From Auanema rhodensis (taxonomy: Eukaryota > Animalia > Nematoda), in contig OZ059895.1 of the NCBI GenBank assembly GCA_964057225.1, forward strand, positions 496,001-560,000: a stretch of DNA of 64,000 nt. Reading direction: 5' to 3'. Shown piece by piece: positions 41,921 to 56,200 of the stretch. Every line of letters begins with the position of its first letter. Position 1 is the stretch's first letter. The notes under the pieces were generated by a model. The model saw only the letters and a list, made by a program, of their open reading frames with translations. It did no database searches and was not told the DNA's origin. Both the position numbers and the translations under genes were made by a program.

Positions 41921-44215
41921 GTGAAAATTGAGGATATAAGTGTGAACTTATATCAGTTGATATCTCGGTGCATTTTTAAGCTAGCGCAAATCTGATAACA
42001 CAAATCGACGCAGCTTAAAAATCCGCATCGAATGCACTATACTACATTGAGAAACGCTCAATACAAAAATTAGTTATGATCGTTTGAAAAATGATGCATT
42101 AGTGTATGTTGAGTTTCCATGTACACTCAACATTGCTTCCAAAAACATTTTGACAAAAATTTTTTCGAAAAATTTCAAAATAATTTAGCAAAAAGTAGAT
42201 GTTTTTAGATTTCATTTTTCAAGGCAAAGACGATAGACAATGTTATTCAACGAAAAAATTAATTCTTCAGGGTGAAAATCGAGGATATAAGTGTGAACTT
42301 ATATCAGTTGATATCTCGGTGCATTTTTAAGCTAGCGCAAATCTGATAACACAGATCGACGCAGCTTAAAAATCCGCATCGAATGCACTATACTACATTG
42401 AGAAACGCTTAATACAAAAATTAGTTATGATCGTTTGAAAAATGATGCATTAGTGTATGTTGAGTTTCCATGTACACTCAACATTGCTTCCAAAAACATT
42501 TTGACAAAAATTTTTTCGAAACATTTCAAAATAATTTAGCAAAAAGTAGATGTTTTTAGATTCCTTTTTTCAAGGCAAAGACGATGGACAATGTTATTCA
42601 ACGAAAAAATTAATTCTTCAGGGTGAAAATCGAGGATATAAGTGTGAACTTATATCAGTTGATATCTCGGTGCATTTTTAAGCTAGCGCAAATCTGATAA
42701 CACAGATCGACGCAGCTTAAAAATCCGCATCGAATGCACTATACTACATTGAGAAACGCTTAATACAAAAATTAGTTATGATCGTTTGAAAAATGATGCA
42801 TTAGTGTATGTTGAGTTTCCATGTACACTCAACATTGCTTCCAAAAACATTTTGACAAAAATTTTTTCGAAACATTTCAAAATAATTTAGCAAAAAGTAG
42901 ATGTTTTTAGATTCCTTTTTTCAAGGCAAAGACGATGGACAATGTTATTCAACGAAAAAATTAATTCTTCAGGGTGAAAATCGAGGATATAAGTGTGAAC
43001 TTATATCAGTTGATATCTCGGTGCATTTTTAAGCTAGCGCAAATCTGATAACACAGATCGACGCAGCTTAAAAATCCGCATCGAATGCACTATACTACAT
43101 TGAGAAACGCTTAATACAAAAACTAGTTATGATCGTTTGAAAAATGATGCATTAGTGTATGTTGAGTTTCCATGTACACTCAACATTGCTTCCAAAAACA
43201 TTTTGACAAAAAGTTTTTCGAAAAATTTCAAAATAATTTAGCAAAAAGTAGATGTTTTTAGATTTCTTTTTTCAAGGCAAAGACGATGGACAATGTTATT
43301 CAACGAAAAAAATAATTCTTCAGGGTGAAAATCGAGGATATAAGTGTGAACTTATATCAGTTGATATCTCGGTGCATTTTTAAGCTAGCGCAAATCTGAT
43401 AACACAGATCGATGCAGCTTAAAAATCCGCATCGAATGCACTATACTACACTGAGAAACGCTTAATACAAAAATTAGTTATGATCGTTTGAAAAATGATG
43501 CATTAGTGTATGTTGAGTTTCCATGTACACTCAACATTGCTTCCAAAAACATTTTGACAAAAATTTTTTCGAAAAATTTCAAAATAATTTAGCAAAAAGT
43601 ACATGTTTTTAGATTCCATTTTTCAAGGCAAAGACGATAGACAATGTTATTCAATGAAAAAATTAATTCTTCAGGGTGAAAATCGAGGATATAAGTGTGA
43701 ACTTATATCAGTTGATATCTCGGTGCATTTTTAAGCTAGCGCAAATCTGATAACACAGATCGACGCAGCTTAAAAATCCGCATCGAATGCACTATACTAC
43801 ATTGAAAAACGCTTAATACAAAAATTAGTTATGATCGTTTGAAAAATGATGCATTAGTGTATGTTGAGTTTCCATGTAAACTAAACATTGCTTCCAAAAA
43901 CATTTTGACAAAAATTTTTTCGAAAAATTTCAAAATAATTTAGCAAAAAGTAGATGTTTTTAGATTCCTTTTTTCAAGGCAAAGACGATGGACAATGTTA
44001 TTCAACGAAAAAATTATTTCTTCAGGGTGAAAATCGAGGATATAAGTGTGAACTTATATCAGTTGATATCTCGGTGCATTTTTAAGCTAGCGCAAATCTG
44101 ATAACACAGATCGACGCAGCTTAAAAATCCGCATCGAATGCACTATACTACATTGAGAAACGCTTAATACAAAAATTAGTTATGATCGTTTGAAAAATGA
44201 TGCATTAGTGTATGT
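41921..44215. repeat. Short re-appearance of sub-domain II monomers
   Basis: Carries the rare markers ATCGATGCAG, ATTGAAAAAC, TAAACTAAAC and AATTATTTC, otherwise seen only at 23.4-24.0 kb. Confidence 0.85.
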
Positions 44216-47200
44216 TGAGTTTCCATGTACACTCAACATTGCTTCCAAAAACATTTTGACAAAAATTTTTTCGAAAAATTTCAAAATAATGTAGCAAAAA
44301 GTAGATGTTTTTAGATTCCTTATTTCAAGGCAAAAACGATAGACAATGTTATTCAACGAAAAAATTAATTCTTCAGTGTGAAAATCGAGGATATAAGTGT
44401 GAACTTATATCAGTTGATATCTCGGTGCATTTTTAAGTTAGCGCAAATCTGATAACACAGATCGACGCAGCTTACAAATCCGCATCGAATGCACTATACT
44501 ACATTGAGAAACGCTAAATACAAAAATTAGTTATGATCGTTTGAAAAATGATGCATTAGTGTATGTTGAGTTTCCATGTACACTCAACATTGCTTCCAAA
44601 AACATTTTGACAAAAATTTTTTCGAAAAATTTCAAAATAATTTAGCAAAAAGTACATGTTTTTAGATTCCATTTTTCAAGGCAAAGACGATAGACAATGT
44701 TATTCAATGAAAAAATTAATTCTTCAGGGTGAAAATCGAGGATATAAGTGTGAACTTATATCAGTTGATATCTCGGTGCATTTTTAAGCTAGCGCAAATC
44801 TGATAACACAGATCGACGCAGCTTAAAAATCCGCATCGAATGCACTATACTACATTGAGAAACGCTTGATACAAAAATTAGTTATGATCGTTTGAAAAAT
44901 GATGCATTAGTGTATGTTGAGTTTCCATGTACACTCAACATTGCTTCCAAAAACATTTTGACAAACATTTTTTCGAAAAATTTCAAGATAATGTAGCAAA
45001 AAGTAGATGTTTTTAGATTCCTTTTTTCAAGGCGAAGACGATGGACAAAGTTATTCAACGAAAAAATTGATTCTTCAGGGTGAAAATCGAGGATATAAGT
45101 TTGAACTTATATCAGTTGATATCTCGGTGCATTTTTAAGTTAGCGCAAATCTGATAACACAGATCGACGCAGCTTACAAATCTGCATCGAATGCACTATA
45201 CTACATTGAGAAACGCTAGATACAAAAATTAGTTATGATCGTTTGAAAAATGATGCATTAGTGTATGTTGAGTTTCCATGTACACTCAACATTGCTTCCA
45301 AAAACATTTTGACAAAAATTTTTTCGAAAAATTTCAAAATAATGTAGCAAAAAGTAGATGTTTTTAGATTCCTTATTTCAAGGCAAAAACGATAGACAAT
45401 GTTATTCAACGAAAAAATTAATTCTTCAGTGTGAAAATCGAGGATATAAGTGTGAACTTATATCAGTTGATATCTCGGTGCATTTTTAAGCTAGCGCAAA
45501 TCTGATAACACAGATCGACGCAGCTTAAAAATCCGCATCGAATGCACTATACTACATTGAGAAACGCTTGATACAAAAATTAGTTATGATCGTTTGAAAA
45601 ATGATGCATTAGTGTATGTTGAGTTTCCATGTACACTCAACATTGCTTCCAAAAACATTTTGACAAAAATTTTTTCGAAAAATTTCAAAATAATGTAGCA
45701 AAAAGTAGATGTTTTTAGATTCCTTTTTTCAAGGCGAAGACGATGGACAAAGTTATTCAACGAAAAAATTGATTCTTCAGGGTGAAAATCGAGGATATAA
45801 GTGTGAACTTATATCAGTTGATATCTCGGTGCATTTTTAAGCTAGCGCAAATCTGATAACACAGATCGACGCAGCTTACAAATCTGCATCGAATGCACTA
45901 TACTACATTGAGAAACGCTTGATACAAAAATTAGTTATGATCGTTTGAAAAATGATGCATTAGTGTATGTTGAGTTTCCATGTACACTCAACATTGCTTC
46001 CAAAAACATTTTGACAAAAATTTTTTCGAAAAATTTCAAGATAATGTAGCAAAAAGTAGATGTTTTTAGATTCCTTTTTTCAAGGCGAAGACGATGGACA
46101 AAGTTATTCAACGAAAAAATTGATTCTTCAGGGTGAAAATCGAGGATATAAGTGTGAACTTATATCAGTTGATATCTCGGTGCATTTTTAAGCTAGCGCA
46201 AATCTGATAACACAGATCGACGCAGCTTAAAAATCCGCATCAAATGCACTATACTACATTGAGAAACGCTTAATACAAAAATTAGTTATGATCGTTTGAA
46301 AAATGATGCATTAGTGTATGTTGAGTTTCCATGTACACTCAACATTGCTTCCAAAAACATTTTGACAAAAATTTTTTCGAAAAATTTCAAGATAATGTAG
46401 CAAAAAGTAGATGTTTTTAGATTCCTTTTTTCAAGGCGAAGACGATGGACAAAGTTATTCAACGAAAAAATTGATTCTTCAGGGTGAAAATCGAGGATAT
46501 AAGTTTGAACTTATATCAGTTGATATCTCGGTGCATTTTTAAGTTAGCGCAAATCTGATAACACAGATCGACGCAGCTTACAAATCTGCATCGAATGCAC
46601 TATACTACATTGAGAAACGCTAGATACAAAAATTAGTTATGATCGTTTGAAAAATGATGCATTAGTGTATGTTGAGTTTCCATGTACACTCAACATTGCT
46701 TCCAAAAACATTTTGACAAAAATTTTTTCGAAAAATTTCAAAATAATGTAGCAAAAAGTAGATGTTTTTAGATTCCTTATTTCAAGGCAAAAACGATAGA
46801 CAATGTTATTCAACGAAAAAATTAATTCTTCAGTGTGAAAATCGAGGATATAAGTGTGAACTTATATCAGTTGATATCTCGGTGCATTTTTAAGCTAGCG
46901 CAAATCTGATAACACAGATCGACGCAGCTTAAAAATCCGCATCGAATGCACTATACTACATTGAGAAACGCTTGATACAAAAATTAGTTATGATCGTTTG
47001 AAAAATGATGCATTAGTGTATGTTGAGTTTCCATGTACACTCAACATTGCTTCCAAAAACATTTTGACAAAAATTTTTTCGAAAAATTTCAAAATAATGT
47101 AGCAAAAAGTAGATGTTTTTAGATTCCTTTTTTCAAGGCGAAGACGATGGACAAAGTTATTCAACGAAAAAATTGATTCTTCAGGGTGAAAATCGAGGAT

Positions 47201-50200
47201 ATAAGTGTGAACTTATATCAGTTGATATCTCGGTGCATTTTTAAGCTAGCGCAAATCTGATAACACAGATCGACGCAGCTTACAAATCTGCATCGAATGC
47301 ACTATACTACATTGAGAAACGCTTGATACAAAAATTAGTTATGATCGTTTGAAAAATGATGCATTAGTGTATGTTGAGTTTCCATGTACACTCAACATTG
47401 CTTCCAAAAACATTTTGACAAAAATTTTTTCGAAAAATTTCAAGATAATGTAGCAAAAAGTAGATGTTTTTAGATTCCTTTTTTCAAGGCGAAGACGATG
47501 GACAAAGTTATTCAACGAAAAAATTGATTCTTCAGGGTGAAAATCGAGGATATAAGTGTGAACTTATATCAGTTGATATCTCGGTGCATTTTTAAGCTAG
47601 CGCAAATCTGATAACACAGATCGACGCAGCTTAAAAATCCGCATCAAATGCACTATACTACATTGAGAAACGCTTAATACAAAAATTAGTTATGATCGTT
47701 TGAAAAATGATGCATTAGTGTATGTTGAGTTTCCATGTACACTCAACATTGCTTCCAAAAACATTTTGACAAAAATTTTTTCGAAAAATTTCAAAATAAT
47801 GTAGCAAAAAGTAGATGTTTCTAGATTCCTTATTTCAAGGCAAAAACGATAGACAATGTTATTCAACGAAAAAATTAATTCTTCAGTGTGAAAATCGAGG
47901 ATATAAGTGTGAACTTATATCAGTTGATATCTCGGTGCATTTTCAAGCTAGCGCAAATCTGATAACACAGATCGACGCAGCTTAAAAATCCGCATCGAAT
48001 GCACTATACTACATTGAGAAACGCTTGATACAAAAATTAGTTATGATCGTTTGAAAAATGATGCATTAGTGTATGTTGAGTTTCCATGTACACTCAACAT
48101 TGCTTCCAAAAACATTTTGACAAAAATTTTTTCGAAAAATTTCAAGATAATGTAGCAAAAAGTAGATGTTTTTAGATTCCTTTTTTCAAGGCGAAGACGA
48201 TGGACAAAGTTATTCAACGAAAAAATTGATTCTTCAGGGTGAAAATCGAGGATATAAGTTTGAACTTATATCAGTTGATATCTCGGTGCATTTTTAAGTT
48301 AGCGCAAATCTGATAACACAGATCGACGCAGCTTACAAATCCGCATCGAATGCACTATACTACATTGAGAAACGCTAAATACAAAAATTAGTTATGATCG
48401 TTTGAAAAATGATGCATTAGTGTATGTTGAGTTTCCATGTACACTCAACATTGCTTCCAAAAACATTTTGACAAAAATTTTTTCGAAAAATTTCAAAATA
48501 ATTTAGCAAAAAGTACATGTTTTTAGATTCCATTTTTCAAGGCAAAGACGTTAGACAATGTTATTCAATGAAAAAATTAATTCTTCAGGGTGAAAATCGA
48601 GGATATAAGTGTGAACTTATATCAGTTGATATCTCGGTGCATTTTTAAGCTAGCGCAAATCTGATAACACAGATCGACGCAGCTTAAAAATCCGCATCGA
48701 ATGCACTATACTACATTGAGAAACGCTAGATACAAAAATTAGTTATGATCGTTTGAAAAATGATGCATTAGTGTATGTTGAGTTTCCATGTACACTCAAC
48801 ATTGCTTCCAAAAACATTTTGACAAAAATTTTTTCGAAAAATTTCAAAATAATGTAGCAAAAAGTAGATGTTTTTAGATTCCTTATTTCAAGGCAAAAAC
48901 GATAGACAATGTTATTCAACGAAAAAATTAATTCTTCAGTGTGAAAATCGAGGATATAAGTGTGAACTTATATCAGTTGATATCTCGGTGCATTTTTAAG
49001 CTAGCGCAAATCTGATAACACAGATCGACGCAGCTTAAAAATCCGCATCGAATGCACTATACTACATTGAGAAACGCTTGATACAAAAATTAGTTATGAT
49101 CGTTTGAAAAATGATGCATTAGTGTATGTTGAGTTTCCATGTACACTCAACATTGCTTCCAAAAACATTTTGACAAAAATTTTTTCGAAAAATTTCAAAA
49201 TAATGTAGCAAAAAGTAAATGTTTTTAGATTCCTTTTTTCAAGGCGAAGACGATGGACAAAGTTATTCAACGAAAAAATTGATTCTTCAGGGTGAAAATC
49301 GAGGATATAAGTGTGAACTTATATCAGTTGATATCTCGGTGCATTTTTAAGCTAGCGCAAATCTGATAACACAGATCGACGCAGCTTACAAATCTGCATC
49401 GAATGCACTATACTACATTGAGAAACGCTTGATACAAAAATTAGTTATGATCGTTTGAAAAATGATGCATTAGTGTATGTTGAGTTTCCATGTACACTCA
49501 ACATTGCTTCCAAAAACATTTTGACAAAAATTTTTTCGAAAAATTTCAAAATAATGTAGCAAAAAGTAGATGTTTCTAGATTCCTTATTTCAAGGCAAAA
49601 ACGATAGACAATGTTATTCAACGAAAAAATTAATTCTTCAGTGTGAAAATCGAGGATATAAGTGTGAACTTATATCAGTTGATATCTCGGTGCATTTTCA
49701 AGCTAGCGCAAATCTGATAACACAGATCGACGCAGCTTAAAAATCCGCATCGAATGCACTATACTACATTGAGAAACGCTTGATACAAAAATTAGTTATG
49801 ATCGTTTGAAAAATGATGCATTAGTGTATGTTGAGTTTCCATGTACACTCAACATTGCTTCCAAAAACATTTTGACAAAAATTTTTTCGAAAAATTTCAA
49901 AATAATTTAGCAAAAAGTACATGTTTTTAGATTCCATTTTTCAAGGCAAAGACGATAGACAATGTTATTCAATGAAAAAATTAATTCTTCAGGGTGAAAA
50001 TCGAGGATATAAGTGTGAACTTATATCAGTTGATATCTCGGTGCATTTTTAAGCTAGCGCAAATCTGATAACACAGATCGACGCAGCTTAAAAATCCGCA
50101 TCGAATGCACTATACTACATTGAGAAACGCTTAATACAAAAATTTGTTATGATCGTTTGAAAAATGATGCATTAGTGTATGTTGAGTTTCCATGTACACT

Positions 50201-53200
50201 CAACATTGCTTCCAAAAACATTTTGACAAAAATTTTTTCGAAACATTTCAAAATAATTTAGCAAAAAGTAGATGTTTTTAGATTCCTTTTTTCAAGGCAA
50301 AGACGATGGACAATGTTATTCAACGAAAAAATTAATTCTTCAGGGTGAAAATTGAGGATATAAGTGTGAACTTATATCAGTTGATATCTCGGTGCATTTT
50401 TAAGCTAGCGCAAATCTGATAACACAAATCGACGCAGCTTAAAAATCCGCATCGAATGCACTATACTACATTGAGAAACGCTCAATACAAAAATTAGTTA
50501 TGATCGTTTGAAAAATGATGCATTAGTGTATGTTGAGTTTCCATGTACACTCAACATTGCTTCCAAAAACATTTTGACAAAAATTTTTTCGAAAAATTTC
50601 AAGATAATGTAGCAAAAAGTAGATGTTTTTAGATTCCTTTTTTCAAGGCGAAGACGATGGACAAAGTTATTCAACGAAAAAATTGATTCTTCAGGGTGAA
50701 AATCGAGGATATAAGTGTGAACTTATATCAGTTGATATCTCGGTGCATTTTTAAGCTAGCGCAAATCTGATAACACAGATCGACGCAGCTTAAAAATCCG
50801 CATCAAATGCACTATACTACATTGAGAAACGCTTAATACAAAAATTAGTTATGATCGTTTGAAAAATGATGCATTAGTGTATGTTGAGTTTCCATGTACA
50901 CTCAACATTGCTTCCAAAAACATTTTGACAAAAATTTTTTCGAAAAATTTCAAAATAATGTAGCAAAAAGTAGATGTTTCTAGATTCCTTATTTCAAGGC
51001 AAAAACGATAGACAATGTTATTCAACGAAAAAATTAATTCTTCAGTGTGAAAATCGAGGATATAAGTGTGAACTTATATCAGTTGATATCTCGGTGCATT
51101 TTCAAGCTAGCGCAAATCTGATAACACAGATCGACGCAGCTTAAAAATCCGCATCGAATGCACTATACTACATTGAGAAACGCTTGATACAAAAATTAGT
51201 TATGATCGTTTGAAAAATGATGCATTAGTGTATGTTGAGTTTCCATGTACACTCAACATTGCTTCCAAAAACATTTTGACAAAAATTTTTTCGAAAAATT
51301 TCAAAATAATTTAGCAAAAAGTACATGTTTTTAGATTCCATTTCTCAAGGCAAAGACGATAGACAATGTTATTCAATGAAAAAATTAATTCTTCAGGGTG
51401 AAAATCGAGGATATAAGTGTGAACTTATATCAGTTGATATCTCGGTGCATTTTTAAGCTAGCGCAAATCTGATAACACAGATCGACGCAGCTTAAAAATC
51501 CGCATCGAATGCACTATACTACATTGAGAAACGCTTAATACAAAAATTTGTTATGATCGTTTGAAAAATGATGCATTAGTGTATGTTGAGTTTCCATGTA
51601 CACTCAACATTGCTTCCAAAAACATTTTGACAAAAATTTTTTCGAAACATTTCAAAATAATTTAGCAAAAAGTAGATGTTTTTAGATTCCTTTTTTCAAG
51701 GCAAAGACGATGGACAATGTTATTCAACGAAAAAATTAATTCTTCAGGGTGAAAATTGAGGATATAAGTGTGAACTTATATCAGTTGATATCTCGGTGCA
51801 TTTTTAAGCTAGCGCAAATCTGATAACACAAATCGACGCAGCTTAAAAATCCGCATCGAATGCACTATACTACATTGAGAAACGCTCAATACAAAAATTA
51901 GTTATGATCGTTTGAAAAATGATGCATTAGTGTATGTTGAGTTTCCATGTACACTCAACATTGCTTCCAAAAACATTTTGACAAAAATTTTTTCGAAACA
52001 TTTCAAAATAATTTAGCAAAAAGTAGATGTTTTTAGATTCCTTTTTTCAAGGCAAAGACGATGGACAATGTTATTCAACGAAAAAATTAATTCTTCAGGG
52101 TGAAAATCGAGGATATAAGTGTGAACTTATATCAGTTGATATCTCGGTGCATTTTTAAGCTAACGCAAATCTGATAACACAGATCGACGCAGCTTAAAAA
52201 TCCGCATCGAATGCACTATACTACATTGAGAAACGCTTGATACAAAAATTAGTTATGATCGTTTGAAAAATGATGCATTAGTGTATGTTGAGTTTCCATG
52301 TACACTCAACATTGCTTCCAAAAACATTTTGACAAAAATTTTTTCGAAAAATTTCAAGATAATGTAGCAAAAAGTAGATGTTTTTAGATTCCTTTTTTCA
52401 AGGCGAAGACGATGGACAAAGTTATTCAACGAAAAAATTGATTCTTCAGGGTGAAAATCGAGGATATAAGTTTGAACTTATATCAGTTGATATCTCGGTG
52501 CATTTTTAAGTTAGCGCAAATCTGATAACACAGATCGACGCAGCTTACAAATCTGCATCGAATGCACTATACTACATTGAGAAACGCTAGATACAAAAAT
52601 TAGTTATGATCGTTTGAAAAATGATGCATTAGTGTATGTTGAGTTTCCATGTACACTCAACATTGCTTCCAAAAACATTTTGACAAAAATTTTTTCGAAA
52701 AATTTCAAAATAATTTAGCAAAAAGTACATGTTTTTAGATTCCATTTTTCAAGACAAAGACGATAGACAATGTTATTCAATGAAAAAATTAATTCTTCAG
52801 GGTGAAAATCGAGGATATAAGTGTGAACTTATATCAGTTGATATCTCGGTGCATTTTTAAGCTAGCGCAAATCTGATAACACAGATCGACGCAGCTTAAA
52901 AATCCGCATCGAATGCACTATACTACATTGAGAAACGCTTAATAGAAAAATTAGTTATGATCGTTTGAAAAATGATGCATTAGTGTATGTTGAGTTTCCA
53001 TGTACACTCAACATTGCTTCCAAAAACATTTTGACAAAAATTTTTTCGAAAAATTTCAGAATAATGTAGCAAAAAGTAGATGTTTTTAGATTCCTTATTT
53101 CAAGGCAAAAACGATAGACAATGTTATTCAACGAAAAAATTAATTCTTCAGTGTGAAAATCGAGGATATAAGTGTGAACTTATATCAGTTGATATCTCGG

Positions 53201-56200
53201 TGCATTTTTAAGCTAGCGCAAATCTGATAACACAGATCGACGCAGCTTAAAAATCCGCATCGAATGCACTATACTACATTGAGAAACGCTTGATACAAAA
53301 ATTAGTTATGATCGTTTGAAAAATGATGCATTAGTGTATGTTGAGTTTCCATGTACACTCAACATTGCTTCCAAAAACATTTTGACAAAAATTTTTTCGA
53401 AAAATTTCAAAATAATGTAGCAAAAAGTAGATGTTTTTAGATTCCTTATTTCAAGGCAAAAACGATAGACAATGTTATTCAACGAAAAAATTAATTCTTC
53501 AGTGTGAAAATCGAGGATATAAGTGTGAACTTATATCAGTTGATATCTCGGTGCATTTTTAAGCTAGCGCAAATCTGATAACACAGATCGACGCAGCTTA
53601 AAAATCCGCATCGAATGCACTATACTACATTGAGAAACGCTTGATACAAAAATTAGTTATGATCGTTTGAAAAATGATGCATTAGTGTATGTTGAGTTTC
53701 CATGTACACTCAACATTGTTTCCAAAAACATTTTGACAAAAATTTTTTCGAAAAATTTCAAGATAATGTAGCAAAAAGTAGATGTTTTTAGATTCCTTTT
53801 TTCAAGGCGAAGACGATGGACAAAGTTATTCAACGAAAAAATTGATTCTTCAGGGTGAAAATCGAGGATATAAGTGTGAACTTATATCAGTTGATATCTC
53901 GGTGCATTTTTAAGTTAGCGCAAATCTGATAACACAGATCGACGCAGCTTACAAATCCGCATCGAATGCACTATACTACATTGAGAAACGCTAAATACAA
54001 AAATTAGTTATGATCGTTTGAAAAATGATGCATTAGTGTATGTTGAGTTTCCATGTACACTCAACATTGCTTCCAAAAACATTTTGACAAAAAGTTTTTC
54101 GAAAAATTTCAAAATAATTTAGCAAAAAGTAGATGTTTTTAGATTCCATTTTTCAAAGCAAAGACGATGGACAATGTTATTCAACGAAAAAATTAATTCT
54201 TCAGTGTGAAAATCGAGGATATAAGTGTGAACTTATATCAGTTGATATCTCGGTGCATTTTTAAGCTAGCGCAAATCTGATAACACAAATCGACGCAGCT
54301 TAAAAATCCGCATCGAATGCACTATACTACATTGAGAAACGCTTAATACAAAAATTAGTTATGATCGTTTGAAAAATGATGCATTAGTGTATGTTGAGTT
54401 TCCATGTACACTCAACATTGCTTCCAAAAACATTTTGACAAAAATTTTTTCGAAAAATTTCAAAATAATTTAGCAAAAAGTAGATGTTTTTAGATTTCAT
54501 TTTTCAAGGCAAAGACGATAGACAATGTTATTCAACGAAAAAATTAATTCTTCAGGGTGAAAATCGAGGATATAAGTGTGAACTTATATCAGTTGATATC
54601 TCGGTGCATTTTTAAGCTAGCGCAAATCTGATAACACAGATCGACGCAGCTTAAAAATCCGCATCGAATGCACTATACTACATTGAGAAACGCTTAATAC
54701 AAAAATTAGTTATGATCGTTTGAAAAATGATGCATTAGTGTATGTTGAGTTTCCATGTACACTCAACATTGCTTCCAAAAACATTTTGACAAAAAGTTTT
54801 TCGAAAAATTTCAAAATAATTTAGCAAAAAGTAGATGTTTTTAGATTTCTTTTTTCAAGGCAAAGACGATGGACAATGTTATTCAACGAAAAAATTAATT
54901 CTTCAGGGTGAAAATCGAGGATATAAGTGTGAACTTATATCAGTTGATATCTCGGTGCATTTTTAAGCTAGCGCAAATCTGATAACACAGATCGACGCAG
55001 CTTAAAAATCCGCATCGAGTGCACTATACTACATTGAGAAACGCTTAATACAAAAATTAGTTTTGATCGTTTGAAAAATGATGCATTAGTGTATGTTGAG
55101 TTTCCATGTACACTCAACATTGCTTCCAAAAACATTTTGACAAAAATTTTTTCGAAAAATTTCAAGATAATTTAGCAAAAAGTAGATGTTTTTAAATTCC
55201 ATTTTTCAAGGCAAAGACGATAGACAATGTTATTCAATGAAAAAATTAATTCTTCAGGGTGAAAATCGAGGATATAAGTGTGAACTTATATCAGTTGATA
55301 TCTCGGTGCATTTTTAAGCTAGCGCAAATCTGATAACACAGATCGACGCAGCTTAAAAATCCGCATCGAATGCACTATACTACATTGAGAAACGCTTAAT
55401 ACAAAAATTTGTTATGATCGTTTGAAAAATGATGCATTAGTGTATGTTGAGTTTCCATGTACACTCAACATTGCTTCCAAAAACATTTTGACAAAAATTT
55501 TTTCGAAACATTTCAAAATAATTTAGCAAAAAGTAGATGTTTTTAGATTCCTTTTTTCAAGGCAAAGACGATGGACAATGTTATTCAACGAAAAAATTAA
55601 TTCTTCAGGGTGAAAATCGAGGATATAAGTGTGAACTTATATCAGTTGATATCTCGGTGCATTTTTAAGCTAACGCAAATCTGATAACACAGATCGACGC
55701 AGCTTAAAAATCCGCATCGAATGCACTATACTACATTGAGAAACGCTTGATACAAAAATTAGTTATGATCGTTTGAAAAATGATGCATTAGTGTATGTTG
55801 AGTTTCCATGTACACTCAACATTGCTTCCAAAAACATTTTGACAAAAATTTTTTCGAAAAATTTCAAGATAATGTAGCAAAAAGTAGATGTTTTTAGATT
55901 CCTTTTTTCAAGGCGAAGACGATGGACAAAGTTATTCAACGAAAAAATTGATTCTTCAGGGTGAAAATCGAGGATATAAGTTTGAACTTATATCAGTTGA
56001 TATCTCGGTGCATTTTTAAGTTAGCGCAAATCTGATAACACAGATCGACGCAGCTTACAAATCTGCATCGAATGCACTATACTACATTGAGAAACGCTAG
56101 ATACAAAAATTAGTTATGATCGTTTGAAAAATGATGCATTAGTGTATGTTGAGTTTCCATGTACACTCAACATTGCTTCCAAAAACATTTTGACAAAAAT

